Source of the DNA: Candidatus Aenigmatarchaeota archaeon
GTDB lineage: Archaea; Aenigmatarchaeota; Aenigmatarchaeia; PWEA01
DNA: 44,690 bases
NCBI GenBank assembly: GCA_046539285.1
Contig: JBKHHH010000001.1
Coordinates: forward strand, 1-44,690
Direction of reading: 5' to 3'
Positions 25,921 through 33,723 of this stretch are shown one piece after another. The notes under the pieces were generated by a model, which did no database searches, was not told the DNA's origin, and saw only the letters and a program-made list of their open reading frames with translations. Within the stretch, counting starts at the first letter, position 1. Each line of letters begins with the position of its first letter. The position numbers and the translations under genes were made by a program.

Positions 25921-26630
25921 CAGGCACCACCCCTGACTACACCGGCCCTTTCCTTGAAATCGTCCTTTATCTTCAGCTCGTTGAGCTTCTTCAGTGCCTC
26001 GAAGACGGCTCCGATCAGGTTCATCCGAGTTCTGGTTTCTCCTGATGTTTTCATCCAGCAGTCTTCGATTCCGGCCAGTTCCAGTATCTTTTTAACTTCG
26101 TCCGGTGCAACTAAGCCGACACCACGCGGCGCAGGCTTGAGGACGGATTCAACACTTCCTTTCTTGCCTTTGACGGCGGAGGGAATCGAATGATGGGAAC
26201 CACATTCACATTCCCAGGAACCACATCCCCTCGTGACCGGTATTATATTCATCTTAGCGCTTTTGATCGCCTTTTGGATAGCTGTGCGGAAGGCTCCTGA
26301 ACCGGTGCCCTTTCCTTTACCGACACCCACGTATCCATTCTTGTTTCCCACGACGGCGTAAGCTGTCATCTTGTATTTACGTCCACTTTTATGCATCTTG
26401 GCCGTCCGCTTGGCTGGTGTTCTTCTCATTCCACCACCCTTACCGGGCGACCCGCCGATGAGAATCAGTTCATGGTCTATTCTTGGCAGTAGTACGTCCA
26501 CGATTTCGGGTTCCATGATCCTTCTACCCTGTTCAAATACCTCGTCGATTGAGCTGATCTTTCCCTGGGCTACATCTTTACCTAGCTCTGTCTTCGGATT
26601 CCATTCTTCCGTTGTCTGTTTATTTGTCAT
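25920..26630 (-). CDS. rps5: 30S ribosomal protein S5 (uS5)
   Basis: EWNPKTELGKDV...VVGNKNGYVGVGKGKG...AIQKAIKSAK. The ATG at 26630 lies directly after the L18 stop; the track start 26675 overlaps rpl18. Confidence 0.95.
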   Translation of the reverse strand: MTNKQTTEEWNPKTELGKDVAQGKISSIDEVFEQGRRIMEPEIVDVLLPRIDHELILIGGSPGKGGGMRRTPAKRTAKMHKSGRKYKMTAYAVVGNKNGYVGVGKGKGTGSGAFRTAIQKAIKSAKMNIIPVTRGCGSWECECGSHHSIPSAVKGKKGSVESVLKPAPRGVGLVAPDEVKKILELAGIEDCWMKTSGETRTRMNLIGAVFEALKKLNELKIKDDFKERAGVVRGGA

Positions 26631-26631
26631 T

Positions 26632-27222
26632 TTATTCACCAAATTTCTTATTAATATTCTCCTTTGTCTTTTCAAAGTTTTGGGTTGTTTCGGCTGGGTC
26701 GAAACCGTTCTCGATCAGCTTGGAAAAATGCTCTTTCTTTTCCCCCTCGCTCATCTGTTCGGCGTAGTTCTCGATGTGCTCTCCGCGAATTCTTCCTTCG
26801 GCTGGTAGCATCCTTTCACCGATGGGAACTTCCACACCCGCGTCGATCATTCCCTTTGCGGCGGAGTAGATCCTGTTTTCGGTCGTGTTTTCCTGCAATC
26901 CTATGTCGAGAATCGCTTCTTCGATGCCTTCATCCTTTGCCTTCTTGCCGAGCAGGTATCCTGTCAGGTAAGCAGCTGGAAGATTGGCTTTGTGACCGTT
27001 CCAGTTGAAATTTTCTAGGTCGCGGGAATTTGCCTGTAAAACGGTTTTATCGCCTTCCTCTTCCCAGTCTACTAGCTGAGCGACCGTGCTATTGTTATGT
27101 CTTCTTACAACGAATCTCAACTTGCCGCTCTTGAGAAGACCCAGCCTCTGCTTGTAATCGGTCTTCTTTTCCCTTCTTCTCCTGTGCATTACTCTTTTAC
27201 TCAAGCTGTTCACCTTCTTCAA
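26632..27222 (-). CDS. rpl18: 50S ribosomal protein L18 (uL18); start uncertain (TTG 27222, GTG 27213 or ATG 27189)
   Basis: HRRRREKKTDYKQRLGLLKSGKLRFVVRRHNNSTVAQLV is the uL18 signature. Confidence 0.9.
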   Translation of the reverse strand: MKKVNSLSKRVMHRRRREKKTDYKQRLGLLKSGKLRFVVRRHNNSTVAQLVDWEEEGDKTVLQANSRDLENFNWNGHKANLPAAYLTGYLLGKKAKDEGIEEAILDIGLQENTTENRIYSAAKGMIDAGVEVPIGERMLPAEGRIRGEHIENYAEQMSEGEKKEHFSKLIENGFDPAETTQNFEKTKENINKKFGE

Positions 27223-27661
27223 GTAGATTTTCTCGTTCTATATAGTTTTTGAGCTGTTTCTTTGAGTTAAAGAAACCTCCTTTGGCCTTGTTGTATAGAT
27301 TACGATATACTGTGCTTGATAGCTTGTTGTTGTCTCTCAGTTCCTTGAGCATTTTTCTCTGGGCCCGAATACGGGAGACCCATTCTTCTTTTTTCTTTTG
27401 TCGGGAACCTTTGCTGCCTTTGCGAGAACCATGGCCTTTCCTTCTACCCTTTGCCTTCTGCTTGAGGTTTTTCCTGGCCCGGGACTTCGACTGTCCATTT
27501 GTCTTCTTCTTTTTGATGGCACCCTGCTGGATGAAGCGCCGGATATCGGTCTTAGTGATAGCGTCGGCTACGTCCTCCTGTCGGTCGGGATCGATCCATA
27601 CTTTCTTCTCTCCGCATTTGAGGACGTCGGCTGCCATTCTTTTCTGTGTAGATAGGTTCAT
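27197..27661 (-). CDS. rpl19e: 50S ribosomal protein L19e
   Basis: MNLSTQKRMAADVLKCGEKKVWIDP is the eL19 N-terminus. The ATG at 27661 is preceded by GGTG. Confidence 0.9.
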   Translation of the reverse strand: MNLSTQKRMAADVLKCGEKKVWIDPDRQEDVADAITKTDIRRFIQQGAIKKKKTNGQSKSRARKNLKQKAKGRRKGHGSRKGSKGSRQKKKEEWVSRIRAQRKMLKELRDNNKLSSTVYRNLYNKAKGGFFNSKKQLKNYIERENLLEEGEQLE

Positions 27662-27671
27662 TTTTCGCACC

Positions 27672-27833
27672 TCAGTTCCAGTGTAAGTCTATTTCGTTTT
27701 TCTTGGCGAGGATGACACCGAATTCGTTGAACTTGGTTCCACATCTAGGACAGCTGTTCACGTCTTCGATCTCGCTTTCTTCGCCAAATGTGCCGCAGAG
27801 AGGGCACTTGTCTTTGTCGAATGTCAGGAACAT
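27672..27833 (-). CDS. Small CPxCG zinc-ribbon protein (53 aa), unknown function, not in the ORF track
   Basis: Hand translation gives MFLTFDKDKCPLCGTFGEESEIEDVNSCPRCGTKFNEFGVILAKKNEIDLHWN*. A GAGGT SD overlaps the L32e stop, and the ORF exactly fills the L32e-L19e gap. Confidence 0.5.
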   Translation of the reverse strand: MFLTFDKDKCPLCGTFGEESEIEDVNSCPRCGTKFNEFGVILAKKNEIDLHWN

Positions 27834-27842
27834 GATATGACC

Positions 27843-28160
27843 TCAGTTGAGTATCTTTATGTCTTCTTTTTCTGCTTTTTCTCGGATCAGCTTTCTCTTC
27901 CTCTTTCCGACCGTTGAAGCAATCCTTGCTGCCTCTTCCTCTTTGTCTATGTCGTCCAGTTCATCCGGATTGTGCACGAGCTTTTCATAGTAGCCCGAGG
28001 GATGCATTCCTTTGTGTTCTGATCCGTAACCCGGCGACGGTTTTTTCCCTCTTCCTTTTCTGTTCAGACGAAGCTTTGAGTGCCTGCCTCTTGGCTTCCT
28101 CCAGGAATCACCGAGTCTATCTAAGCTGTGGTTTTGTCTTTTGAATTTCTTCTTGCTCAT
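27843..28160 (-). CDS. rpl32e: 50S ribosomal protein L32e
   Basis: KKFKRQNHSLDRLGDSWRKPRGRHSKLR...GYGSEHKGMHPSGY is the eL32 signature. Confidence 0.9.
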   Translation of the reverse strand: MSKKKFKRQNHSLDRLGDSWRKPRGRHSKLRLNRKGRGKKPSPGYGSEHKGMHPSGYYEKLVHNPDELDDIDKEEEAARIASTVGKRKRKLIREKAEKEDIKILN

Positions 28161-28169
28161 TGTATCACG

Positions 28170-28694
28170 TTATTTTGCCTTTTCTACAATATATATTCCG
28201 TCGTTGAAGACGCGTCTATCCTTTTTGTTCGAGGCCTGGATTTTCTGTTCTATCCGGGCCGCGGTCTGTCCGACTTTTTCTTTGTCAGGTCCTTCGACGT
28301 ATATTTCTTCGTCGTCCACCTTTACCTGGACCCCGTCCGTGATCTCCACCTCCCTGGGACTTTTTTCTCCCAGGAAGTTCGTTACCTTGAGTACGTTCCC
28401 ATTGACCTTTACGTTCATCGGGAAATGCCGGTATAATATCTTTAGCTTGGCCTGGTAGTTCTCTTCCAGGCCCCTAATCGCGCTCTTTATCTTCGAGGCG
28501 AAAGTACCGATTACACCCTTTACCTTTTTGTCCTGGCGTTTCGCCTTGATCGCTACTTCCTCGTCGTCGATTTCTATGCTGACCAGCGGGTGTGTTAACT
28601 TGTTTCTTACCTCTTTGTCTCCCTGGCTAACCACAACCCCATGGTCTTCTTTTTTCACTTCAATGTCCTCTGGAATTTTGATTTTTGTCTCCAT
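28170..28694 (-). CDS. rpl6: 50S ribosomal protein L6 (uL6)
   Basis: Two-domain uL6 pattern (IKIPEDIEVKKEDHGVVVSQGDKEV..., NFLGEKSPREVEI). The ATG at 28694 is preceded by AGGTGA. Confidence 0.95.
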   Translation of the reverse strand: METKIKIPEDIEVKKEDHGVVVSQGDKEVRNKLTHPLVSIEIDDEEVAIKAKRQDKKVKGVIGTFASKIKSAIRGLEENYQAKLKILYRHFPMNVKVNGNVLKVTNFLGEKSPREVEITDGVQVKVDDEEIYVEGPDKEKVGQTAARIEQKIQASNKKDRRVFNDGIYIVEKAK

Positions 28695-28703
28695 TTTGTT
28701 CAC

Positions 28704-29090
28704 CTAGTATATATAGGCCATAAGCTTTCCGCCGATCTCGTTGTCTCGGGCTTCTTCGTGGGTCATTACTCCCTTTGAAGTACTGACCAGTAGATGTCCG
28801 AATCCTTTGGCCGGTAGGTATCTCTTTTCCCACTTTTCGAAGCCGTCCTTTTTGACGGAAAACCTCGGTCTGATTACCTTACAGTTGTTTATCTGTCCTA
28901 TCAACTCCACTTTGATCTTGTTCCCTTTACCGTCTTCGATTATTTCAAACTCGCCGATGTATCCTTCTTTCTGCATCTTCTTCAGCATTTCCAGGACAAG
29001 CTCCGAGGAAGGTATAATGCAGCTCTTTTTGCCTACATCTTCCCCGTTTTTTATCGTGGAAAAACAGTCAGCTAATATTGAATGTCTCAT
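28704..29090 (-). CDS. rps8: 30S ribosomal protein S8 (uS8)
   Basis: ILADCFSTIKNGE...LLVSTSKGVMTHEEARDNEIGGKLMAYIY is the uS8 signature. The ATG at 29090 is preceded by GGTGA. Confidence 0.95.
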   Translation of the reverse strand: MRHSILADCFSTIKNGEDVGKKSCIIPSSELVLEMLKKMQKEGYIGEFEIIEDGKGNKIKVELIGQINNCKVIRPRFSVKKDGFEKWEKRYLPAKGFGHLLVSTSKGVMTHEEARDNEIGGKLMAYIY

Positions 29091-29099
29091 TTCTTTCAC

Positions 29100-29234
29100 C
29101 TAGTCGTATTTTTCGAATCCAATTTTTTCTGCTATCTCGCGGAAGCACTGTCGGCAGATGTATAGATCGTATTTTCTGATTATGCCGCCCTTTCTTCCGC
29201 ATCGTCTGCATTCTGGTACTTCCTTTTTTGTCAT
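29100..29234 (-). CDS. rps14: 30S ribosomal protein S14 (uS14, zinc-binding type; 44 aa), not in the ORF track
   Basis: Hand translation gives [44 protein letters not shown], with the canonical uS14 Cys4 pattern. It sits in the conserved L5-S14-S8 position. Confidence 0.9.
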   Translation of the reverse strand: MTKKEVPECRRCGRKGGIIRKYDLYICRQCFREIAEKIGFEKYD

Positions 29235-29236
29235 CT

Positions 29237-29752
29237 TTAATCACCTGTAATTTCAACGTTAAATTTATCCTTGACGAACTCCATTGCCTCTTCCTTTGTT
29301 ATCTTATGTGACTTACCAACCGGCTTTGAGATCTTTTTCTTCTTGATCCTGTAGCCTGGTCTGATAAGCGTAACGGCTATATCAAGACCGTGAATACCAA
29401 TTTCCGGTTCATATTCCGCACCGGGAAGGTCTATGTGTTCCTCGATGCCAAGGGAAAAGTTACCGTTGTCGGTGAAGTTCTCCCTATCGATCTTGCCGTC
29501 TTTGACTTCCAGAGCTTTCTCCAGGAACTCTTCGGCCTCCTCGTTCCTCAGGGTAACCATTACTCCGATATTTCTACCCTGGGAAACGCCGAAAGCACTT
29601 CTCTTCCTGGCCTGTGTCTCTTTGGCCGTTTTCTCGGTCAGTTTCTCCAGTAGGTTCTTGGACTTTTCCAGCTCCTCACCAGGTTCGCCAACGCCGATGT
29701 TCAGGGTCACCTTTTCGATTTTTATTTCGCGCATTGGATTTTTCTCGGTCAT
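29237..29752 (-). CDS. rpl5: 50S ribosomal protein L5 (uL5)
   Basis: [19 protein letters not shown]...[16 protein letters not shown] is the uL5 signature. The ATG is at 29752; the track's GTG start overlaps rps4e. Confidence 0.95.
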   Translation of the reverse strand: MTEKNPMREIKIEKVTLNIGVGEPGEELEKSKNLLEKLTEKTAKETQARKRSAFGVSQGRNIGVMVTLRNEEAEEFLEKALEVKDGKIDRENFTDNGNFSLGIEEHIDLPGAEYEPEIGIHGLDIAVTLIRPGYRIKKKKISKPVGKSHKITKEEAMEFVKDKFNVEITGD

Positions 29753-29757
29753 GGATA

Positions 29758-30456
29758 TCACTCGATTTGTATTATACTTTCTTTCTTTCCGACCGGAAAG
29801 ACTAGTCCTTCCGGCAAGTTAATTTCTTTGTCTTCTCTGGTAACGATAACCCGGTTTGGCTTGCTGCCCTTGACCTCCTTCACTTTCTTGAATTCTGCTA
29901 TCTTGCCTCTATTTTTACCACCGACGATCATCACCTTGTTCCCTTCTTCTCTGTCCACCGTTTCTTCGATCTCCAGGTCCGGTAGGGAGATGATGAGGGA
30001 GGTCCCTGTTTCCAGGTCTTCGCCGTCTTCTGTGATTATGTTTTTACCGTCGTTGAGGTTTAGCTGTGTTTTGCCGCCCTTGAGCAACGTCTTGTCCTCA
30101 AGTCGGCATATCTTTTTCTGACTTTCCTTTTCGTCTATTTCTAACAGTCCAAAGCCTTTTTTGCTTGGCATTATTCGGTAATGTTCATCCTTCAGTTCGA
30201 TGGAGTCAAAGATACCGATCGGGTATTTGTAGTCCTTGCAGATCTTGCCATCCACCTTGCAGTAGCCTTTGTTCAGTATCTTTCTGACTTCCTTGATGCT
30301 TTCGGCGTAGCCTAGCATATCCCTGATTAAAACCCCCAGCGGAATGCAGTCCTTCTGCGAGTGCGGTCCGGCTCTGGGGTTGGTGGTCCATGTATTGCCT
30401 TTCCTTTTGATGGGGAATGTCTTCGGCGATGAAATTGCTTTTTGATGTTTCGTCAT
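29758..30456 (-). CDS. rps4e: 30S ribosomal protein S4e
   Basis: TKHQKAISSPKTFPIKRKGNTWTTNPRAGPHS is the eS4 N-terminus; 232 aa. Confidence 0.95.
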   Translation of the reverse strand: MTKHQKAISSPKTFPIKRKGNTWTTNPRAGPHSQKDCIPLGVLIRDMLGYAESIKEVRKILNKGYCKVDGKICKDYKYPIGIFDSIELKDEHYRIMPSKKGFGLLEIDEKESQKKICRLEDKTLLKGGKTQLNLNDGKNIITEDGEDLETGTSLIISLPDLEIEETVDREEGNKVMIVGGKNRGKIAEFKKVKEVKGSKPNRVIVTREDKEINLPEGLVFPVGKKESIIQIE

Positions 30457-30461
30457 ATATA

Positions 30462-30995
30462 TCACTTTGTATGTTCTGGATGGGATTTTCCTTTATGGAT
30501 GTTGAGTCCTTGTTTTGAATCGTACGTCTTGCCACATATCTCGCATTTGAAGCCACTTTTCTTCTGCTCTTCTTCTTCTTTTTCCTCTTCCTCTGTCTCG
30601 ACTTCCTCTTCCCTCTCTTTTAGTTCTTCTTCGACTTCACCGCCGACTCTCTCCACTATCTTTTCTCTGGCTCGGTCGGAGAGATCGGGTTTGACTATCA
30701 TTAAATTGGAGGGATGAAATTCGGTATGGACTTCCGTTCCGTCTGGCTTTTCCTTCTTTGCGTCTTCAAGGGTGACCCTTCCTTTGCTAAGGTTCACGCC
30801 CTTGACCTTGCTTTCTGTTCCACTCTCATCTCCCCTCATCACTTTGACCTTGTCACCTTCTCGCAGAGACATGCTTCTTCGGCCCAGCTCCCTTCTCAGT
30901 TTATCGTTCAGGGGCGCGGACACCATCTTCTGTTTTCTGTGTAGAGGTGCCTCTGCGGCGGATCTTCTCTGTTTTCTTGCCTTCTTTGATTTCAT
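30462..30995 (-). CDS. rpl24: 50S ribosomal protein L24 (uL24) fused to an acidic linker and a C-terminal C2H2 zinc finger
   Basis: Residues 1-119 form a complete uL24 with its KOW motif (GDKVKVMRGDESGTESKV). Residues 120-177 are E-rich and are followed by FKCEICGKTYDSKQGLNIHKGKSH. Confidence 0.9.
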   Translation of the reverse strand: MKSKKARKQRRSAAEAPLHRKQKMVSAPLNDKLRRELGRRSMSLREGDKVKVMRGDESGTESKVKGVNLSKGRVTLEDAKKEKPDGTEVHTEFHPSNLMIVKPDLSDRAREKIVERVGGEVEEELKEREEEVETEEEEKEEEEQKKSGFKCEICGKTYDSKQGLNIHKGKSHPEHTK

Positions 30996-31003
30996 CCTTT
31001 CAC

Positions 31004-31402
31004 CTATACAATAATTCGGGCTATCTTACCAACAGCTGGGAACCTTTCGACTACTTCCCGGGCTATGGCACCCTTGATTTCGTTGCCTCTCGGCTCGTGT
31101 CTATCGTTTACAAGTATCGCCGCGTTGTCTTCGAAGCTTATCCTTCTTCCGTCCGGCCTCTTCCATTCTTTCCTCTGGCGGACGATAACGGCCAGAGGCA
31201 CTTCGTCCCTGATCTTGGGCGAACCTTTGAGCACGGAGCAGCGAACCAGATCGCCGACACCGGCCTTGGCCTGTCTCCTCCGCCTTCCCTTGTAGGTGAT
31301 CGGTGAGATCACTCTAAGTTTCTTGGCCCCGGAGTTGTCGATGCACTCGATTTCGGATCCCTGTCCGATGCCCTTTGTTATGTTACTGCCCAGACCTCTC
31401 AT
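31004..31402 (-). CDS. rpl14: 50S ribosomal protein L14 (uL14)
   Basis: IECIDNSGAKKLRVI...AVIVRQRKEWKRPDG is the uL14 signature. The ATG is at 31402. Confidence 0.95.
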   Translation of the reverse strand: MRGLGSNITKGIGQGSEIECIDNSGAKKLRVISPITYKGRRRRQAKAGVGDLVRCSVLKGSPKIRDEVPLAVIVRQRKEWKRPDGRRISFEDNAAILVNDRHEPRGNEIKGAIAREVVERFPAVGKIARIIV

Positions 31403-31403
31403 C

Positions 31404-31721
31404 TTATTCACCCTTCTTCTCGATGACTACGAATTTTTTACCTTTGGATATCGGCCTTGTCTCCCCGATCTTGACACTGTCGCCTTCTCCTACTTCCAGA
31501 CACTCGGGGCAGTGGGCCATGACCTTTGTATTTTTTCTCATCTGTCTTTCGTATTTAGGTACGGACTGATAATGTTGCCATTTAACGGTTACGGTCTTTC
31601 CGTTCTTGGAAATAACCTTTCCTGTGAAAGTCTTGCCTCTAATCGGAAGCTGTCCATGGAAAGGACAGTTCCTGTCTTCACATTTCTTTTCTGGCGTTTT
31701 CACGCCCAGTCCTAATGCCAT
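31404..31721 (-). CDS. rps17: 30S ribosomal protein S17 (uS17)
   Basis: CEDRNCPFHGQLPIRGKTFTGKVISKNGKTVTVKW is the archaeal uS17 signature. Confidence 0.95.
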   Translation of the reverse strand: MALGLGVKTPEKKCEDRNCPFHGQLPIRGKTFTGKVISKNGKTVTVKWQHYQSVPKYERQMRKNTKVMAHCPECLEVGEGDSVKIGETRPISKGKKFVVIEKKGE

Positions 31722-31725
31722 CAAA

Positions 31726-32004
31726 TCACCATTTTTTCAATCTTTTTTTGATCCTTTCCTCCGGCTTTCCCTGTATCAGGTCACCGGAGACCTTTACTTT
31801 CTTGCCAGACGGCAGCTCGAAGACGAACTTACGCCCGGATTTCTGTACTGTTTTTACCTCTACATCGGCCTCGATCTTTAAAACGTTTTCCTGTTCGTCC
31901 ACTACCTTTCCGCTCAGTCCCTGTTCGTCAGTATTACTACTCTCGATTACCTCGACTTCGAGACCTATTATTTCATGCCGAGGCAGGTTTTTAACTGTTC
32001 TCAT
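31726..32004 (-). CDS. rnp1: RNase P protein component 1 (Rpp29/Pop4)
   Basis: RHEIIGLEVEVIESSNTDEQGLSGKVVDEQENVLKIE is the Rpp29 Sm-like fold motif. It sits in the conserved position between aIF1 and S17. Confidence 0.85.
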   Translation of the reverse strand: MRTVKNLPRHEIIGLEVEVIESSNTDEQGLSGKVVDEQENVLKIEADVEVKTVQKSGRKFVFELPSGKKVKVSGDLIQGKPEERIKKRLKKW

Positions 32005-32306
32005 CCTTTTATCTTTATTTTGCTTTCGGGGAACCCGAGTTTTACCAGGAGGTCCTCCATCTTGCGAAGATGGTTGCCCTGGAGTTCGATCTTGCCGTCC
32101 TTGTACGTTCCGCCGCAGGCCAGATTTTTCTTCAACTTCTTGGCCATTTCTTCCGGGTCCATGCCCTGGGAAACGTTGTCGACGACCGTGATCACCTTGC
32201 CGTACCTCCTTCGGGAGGTATAGACCTCGATCATCTCTTCTTCCTTGGCTATCGTGTCACAAACACAGAGCTCCTCCGGTAGTCCACAATCGGGACAGGT
32301 TGCGAT
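32001..32306 (-). CDS. Translation initiation factor aIF1 (SUI1 family); start codon non-canonical or unresolved
   Basis: SUI1 core is GKVITVVDNV...LACGGTYKDGKIELQGNH. Upstream of the first ATG (32234), the frame stays open and encodes the conserved zinc knuckle IATCPDCGLPEELCVCDTIAKEEE. There is no ATG/GTG/TTG in that stretch; the candidate start is ATC at 32304-32306. Confidence 0.75.
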   Translation of the reverse strand: MATCPDCGLPEELCVCDTIAKEEEMIEVYTSRRRYGKVITVVDNVSQGMDPEEMAKKLKKNLACGGTYKDGKIELQGNHLRKMEDLLVKLGFPESKIKIKG

Positions 32307-32312
32307 TAAAGA

Positions 32313-32507
32313 TCACCTTTCATTTAAAATTGTATTTATTCTGGCAATTGTTTTTTTCATTGCCTTTATCTTGCCTGGGTTTTCCGGCACGCCACCGATC
32401 TCTATCTGAGCTCTCTCCTTGGCTATCTCCAGTTTCAGTTCTTCCTTCTTCTCTTCCAGCCCGCTTTTATCCATCTCTCTCAGTTCGTCTATTCTGGCGA
32501 TGGCCAT
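32313..32507 (-). CDS. rpl29: 50S ribosomal protein L29 (uL29)
   Basis: 64 aa; IDELREMDKSGLEEKKEELKLEI...KIKAMKKTIARINTIL is the uL29 pattern. Confidence 0.9.
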   Translation of the reverse strand: MAIARIDELREMDKSGLEEKKEELKLEIAKERAQIEIGGVPENPGKIKAMKKTIARINTILNER

Positions 32508-32509
32508 TT

Positions 32510-33328
32510 TTATTCACCGTCTTCGATCTTTTTCTTCAGATATTTTTTCATTCCCTTTCGATCCTTGTCCTTCTTTTCGTATTCCATTATCTTTTCATAG
32601 TCGTCGATATCAACTTCAATACCTTCCATTGCGTTCTTGGCATCGCTTATTGAGTTGCTCAGTATCTCGTCTATCGTTTCCTCGGAGATTTCTTCTTCCT
32701 TTTCCTCCTTCTTTCTCCTTTCTTCTTCCCTCTGTCTTTTCTCTTCCAGTCTTTTCCTTTGGTCTTCGGGCATCCTTTCCATAATTCTCACCTTGATGCC
32801 GATGGTTCCGGGCTGCATCACGGCCTGTGTCGTCGATTCGTCTACCAGCCTTTTGGCCGGTTCGCCGCAACTCTTCAGGTAACCGTCCGTGAACTTTTCC
32901 GTCCGGCCTCGCGAGCCAGACAGTTTTCCGGATACACGGATCTCGGCTCCGACGGCGCCTCTTTCCATAATGCTCCTCAGTATTCCATTACATATTCTTC
33001 TCCGGTTGACGCCTCTCTCCATGGCACTCTTTATCTCGTTGGCCACGATCTTGGCGTTCAGCTCTGGTTTCTCTATCTCGCTTACATCTATCTGTGGGTT
33101 TTCCATACCGAATTCCTCTTCCAGTTTCTTGGTGACCTCGTTTATCTTTTTTCCACCACGGCCGATGATCATCCCTGGTTTATCGGCATGGATGGTCAGA
33201 CGCATCCCCATCGGCGTCCTCCGGATGTCGGTCTCTGAGTAACCGGCTCCGTCAAACTCCTTGGACAGGAATTCTTCTATCTTGTTTTTTCTGATACCGT
33301 CTTTGATAAAATTCTTTTCTTGTGCCAT
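32510..33328 (-). CDS. rps3: 30S ribosomal protein S3 (uS3) with long charged C-terminal tail
   Basis: KH domain (RLTIHADKPGMIIGRGGKKI) and uS3 C-domain (GAEIRVSGKLSG) are present. Residues about 186-272 are K/E/D-rich. Confidence 0.95.
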   Translation of the reverse strand: MAQEKNFIKDGIRKNKIEEFLSKEFDGAGYSETDIRRTPMGMRLTIHADKPGMIIGRGGKKINEVTKKLEEEFGMENPQIDVSEIEKPELNAKIVANEIKSAMERGVNRRRICNGILRSIMERGAVGAEIRVSGKLSGSRGRTEKFTDGYLKSCGEPAKRLVDESTTQAVMQPGTIGIKVRIMERMPEDQRKRLEEKRQREEERRKKEEKEEEISEETIDEILSNSISDAKNAMEGIEVDIDDYEKIMEYEKKDKDRKGMKKYLKKKIEDGE

Positions 33329-33329
33329 A

Positions 33330-33719
33330 TTATCCTCTGTGTAACACGACCTTTACGTGCGAAGTTTTTAGCTTTGTGCCGAAGTCATTGCGTCTCCTTC
33401 TTCTCCGGAAGGTACTACCCGGTTCGGCGGAAATGGTTTTGATTCTTAGTTTCTCAGGTGAAATTTCCTGATCCGTTGCGTTTGATTCTGCATTTTCCAA
33501 GACCTCAAGGACGGCCTCGGATGCGGAAGTATAATGCTTGCCTCCGATGTCTTTCTTCCCGTCTATCAGGTCCTCCAAAAACTGTTTGGCCTCTTCAAGT
33601 TTCATCTTGTTCCGGTTGATCTCCTTGCATACCTTTCTTGCCTTCTTGTTCGATATGCGCAGGTTTACACCGGCTGCTTTTACGTCGTCTTCCTTGATTT
33701 CAACGGGATATCCTACCAT
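33330..33719 (-). CDS. rpl22: 50S ribosomal protein L22 (uL22)
   Basis: AAGVNLRISNKKARKVCKEI...SAEPGSTFRRRRRR is the uL22 pattern, in the conserved S19-L22-S3 order. Confidence 0.9.
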   Translation of the reverse strand: MVGYPVEIKEDDVKAAGVNLRISNKKARKVCKEINRNKMKLEEAKQFLEDLIDGKKDIGGKHYTSASEAVLEVLENAESNATDQEISPEKLRIKTISAEPGSTFRRRRRRNDFGTKLKTSHVKVVLHRG

Positions 33720-33723
33720 ATGA

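Noticed and set aside
29068-29256. Track ORF 29068..29256 (-), 62 aa.
   Set aside because: It is in the wrong frame. The real gene in this gap is the 44-aa zinc-type S14 (29100..29234), which has the canonical CxxC...CxxC pattern and conserved L5-S14-S8 synteny.
32313-32315. Genome-wide reassignment of UGA as a sense codon, as an explanation for the in-frame L29-aIF1 arrangement.
   Set aside because: TGA is used as a genuine stop for many well-defined genes here (B', B'', S4, L4, S4e, L24, DUF106 and others), where proteins end at family-typical lengths and the next gene starts immediately.
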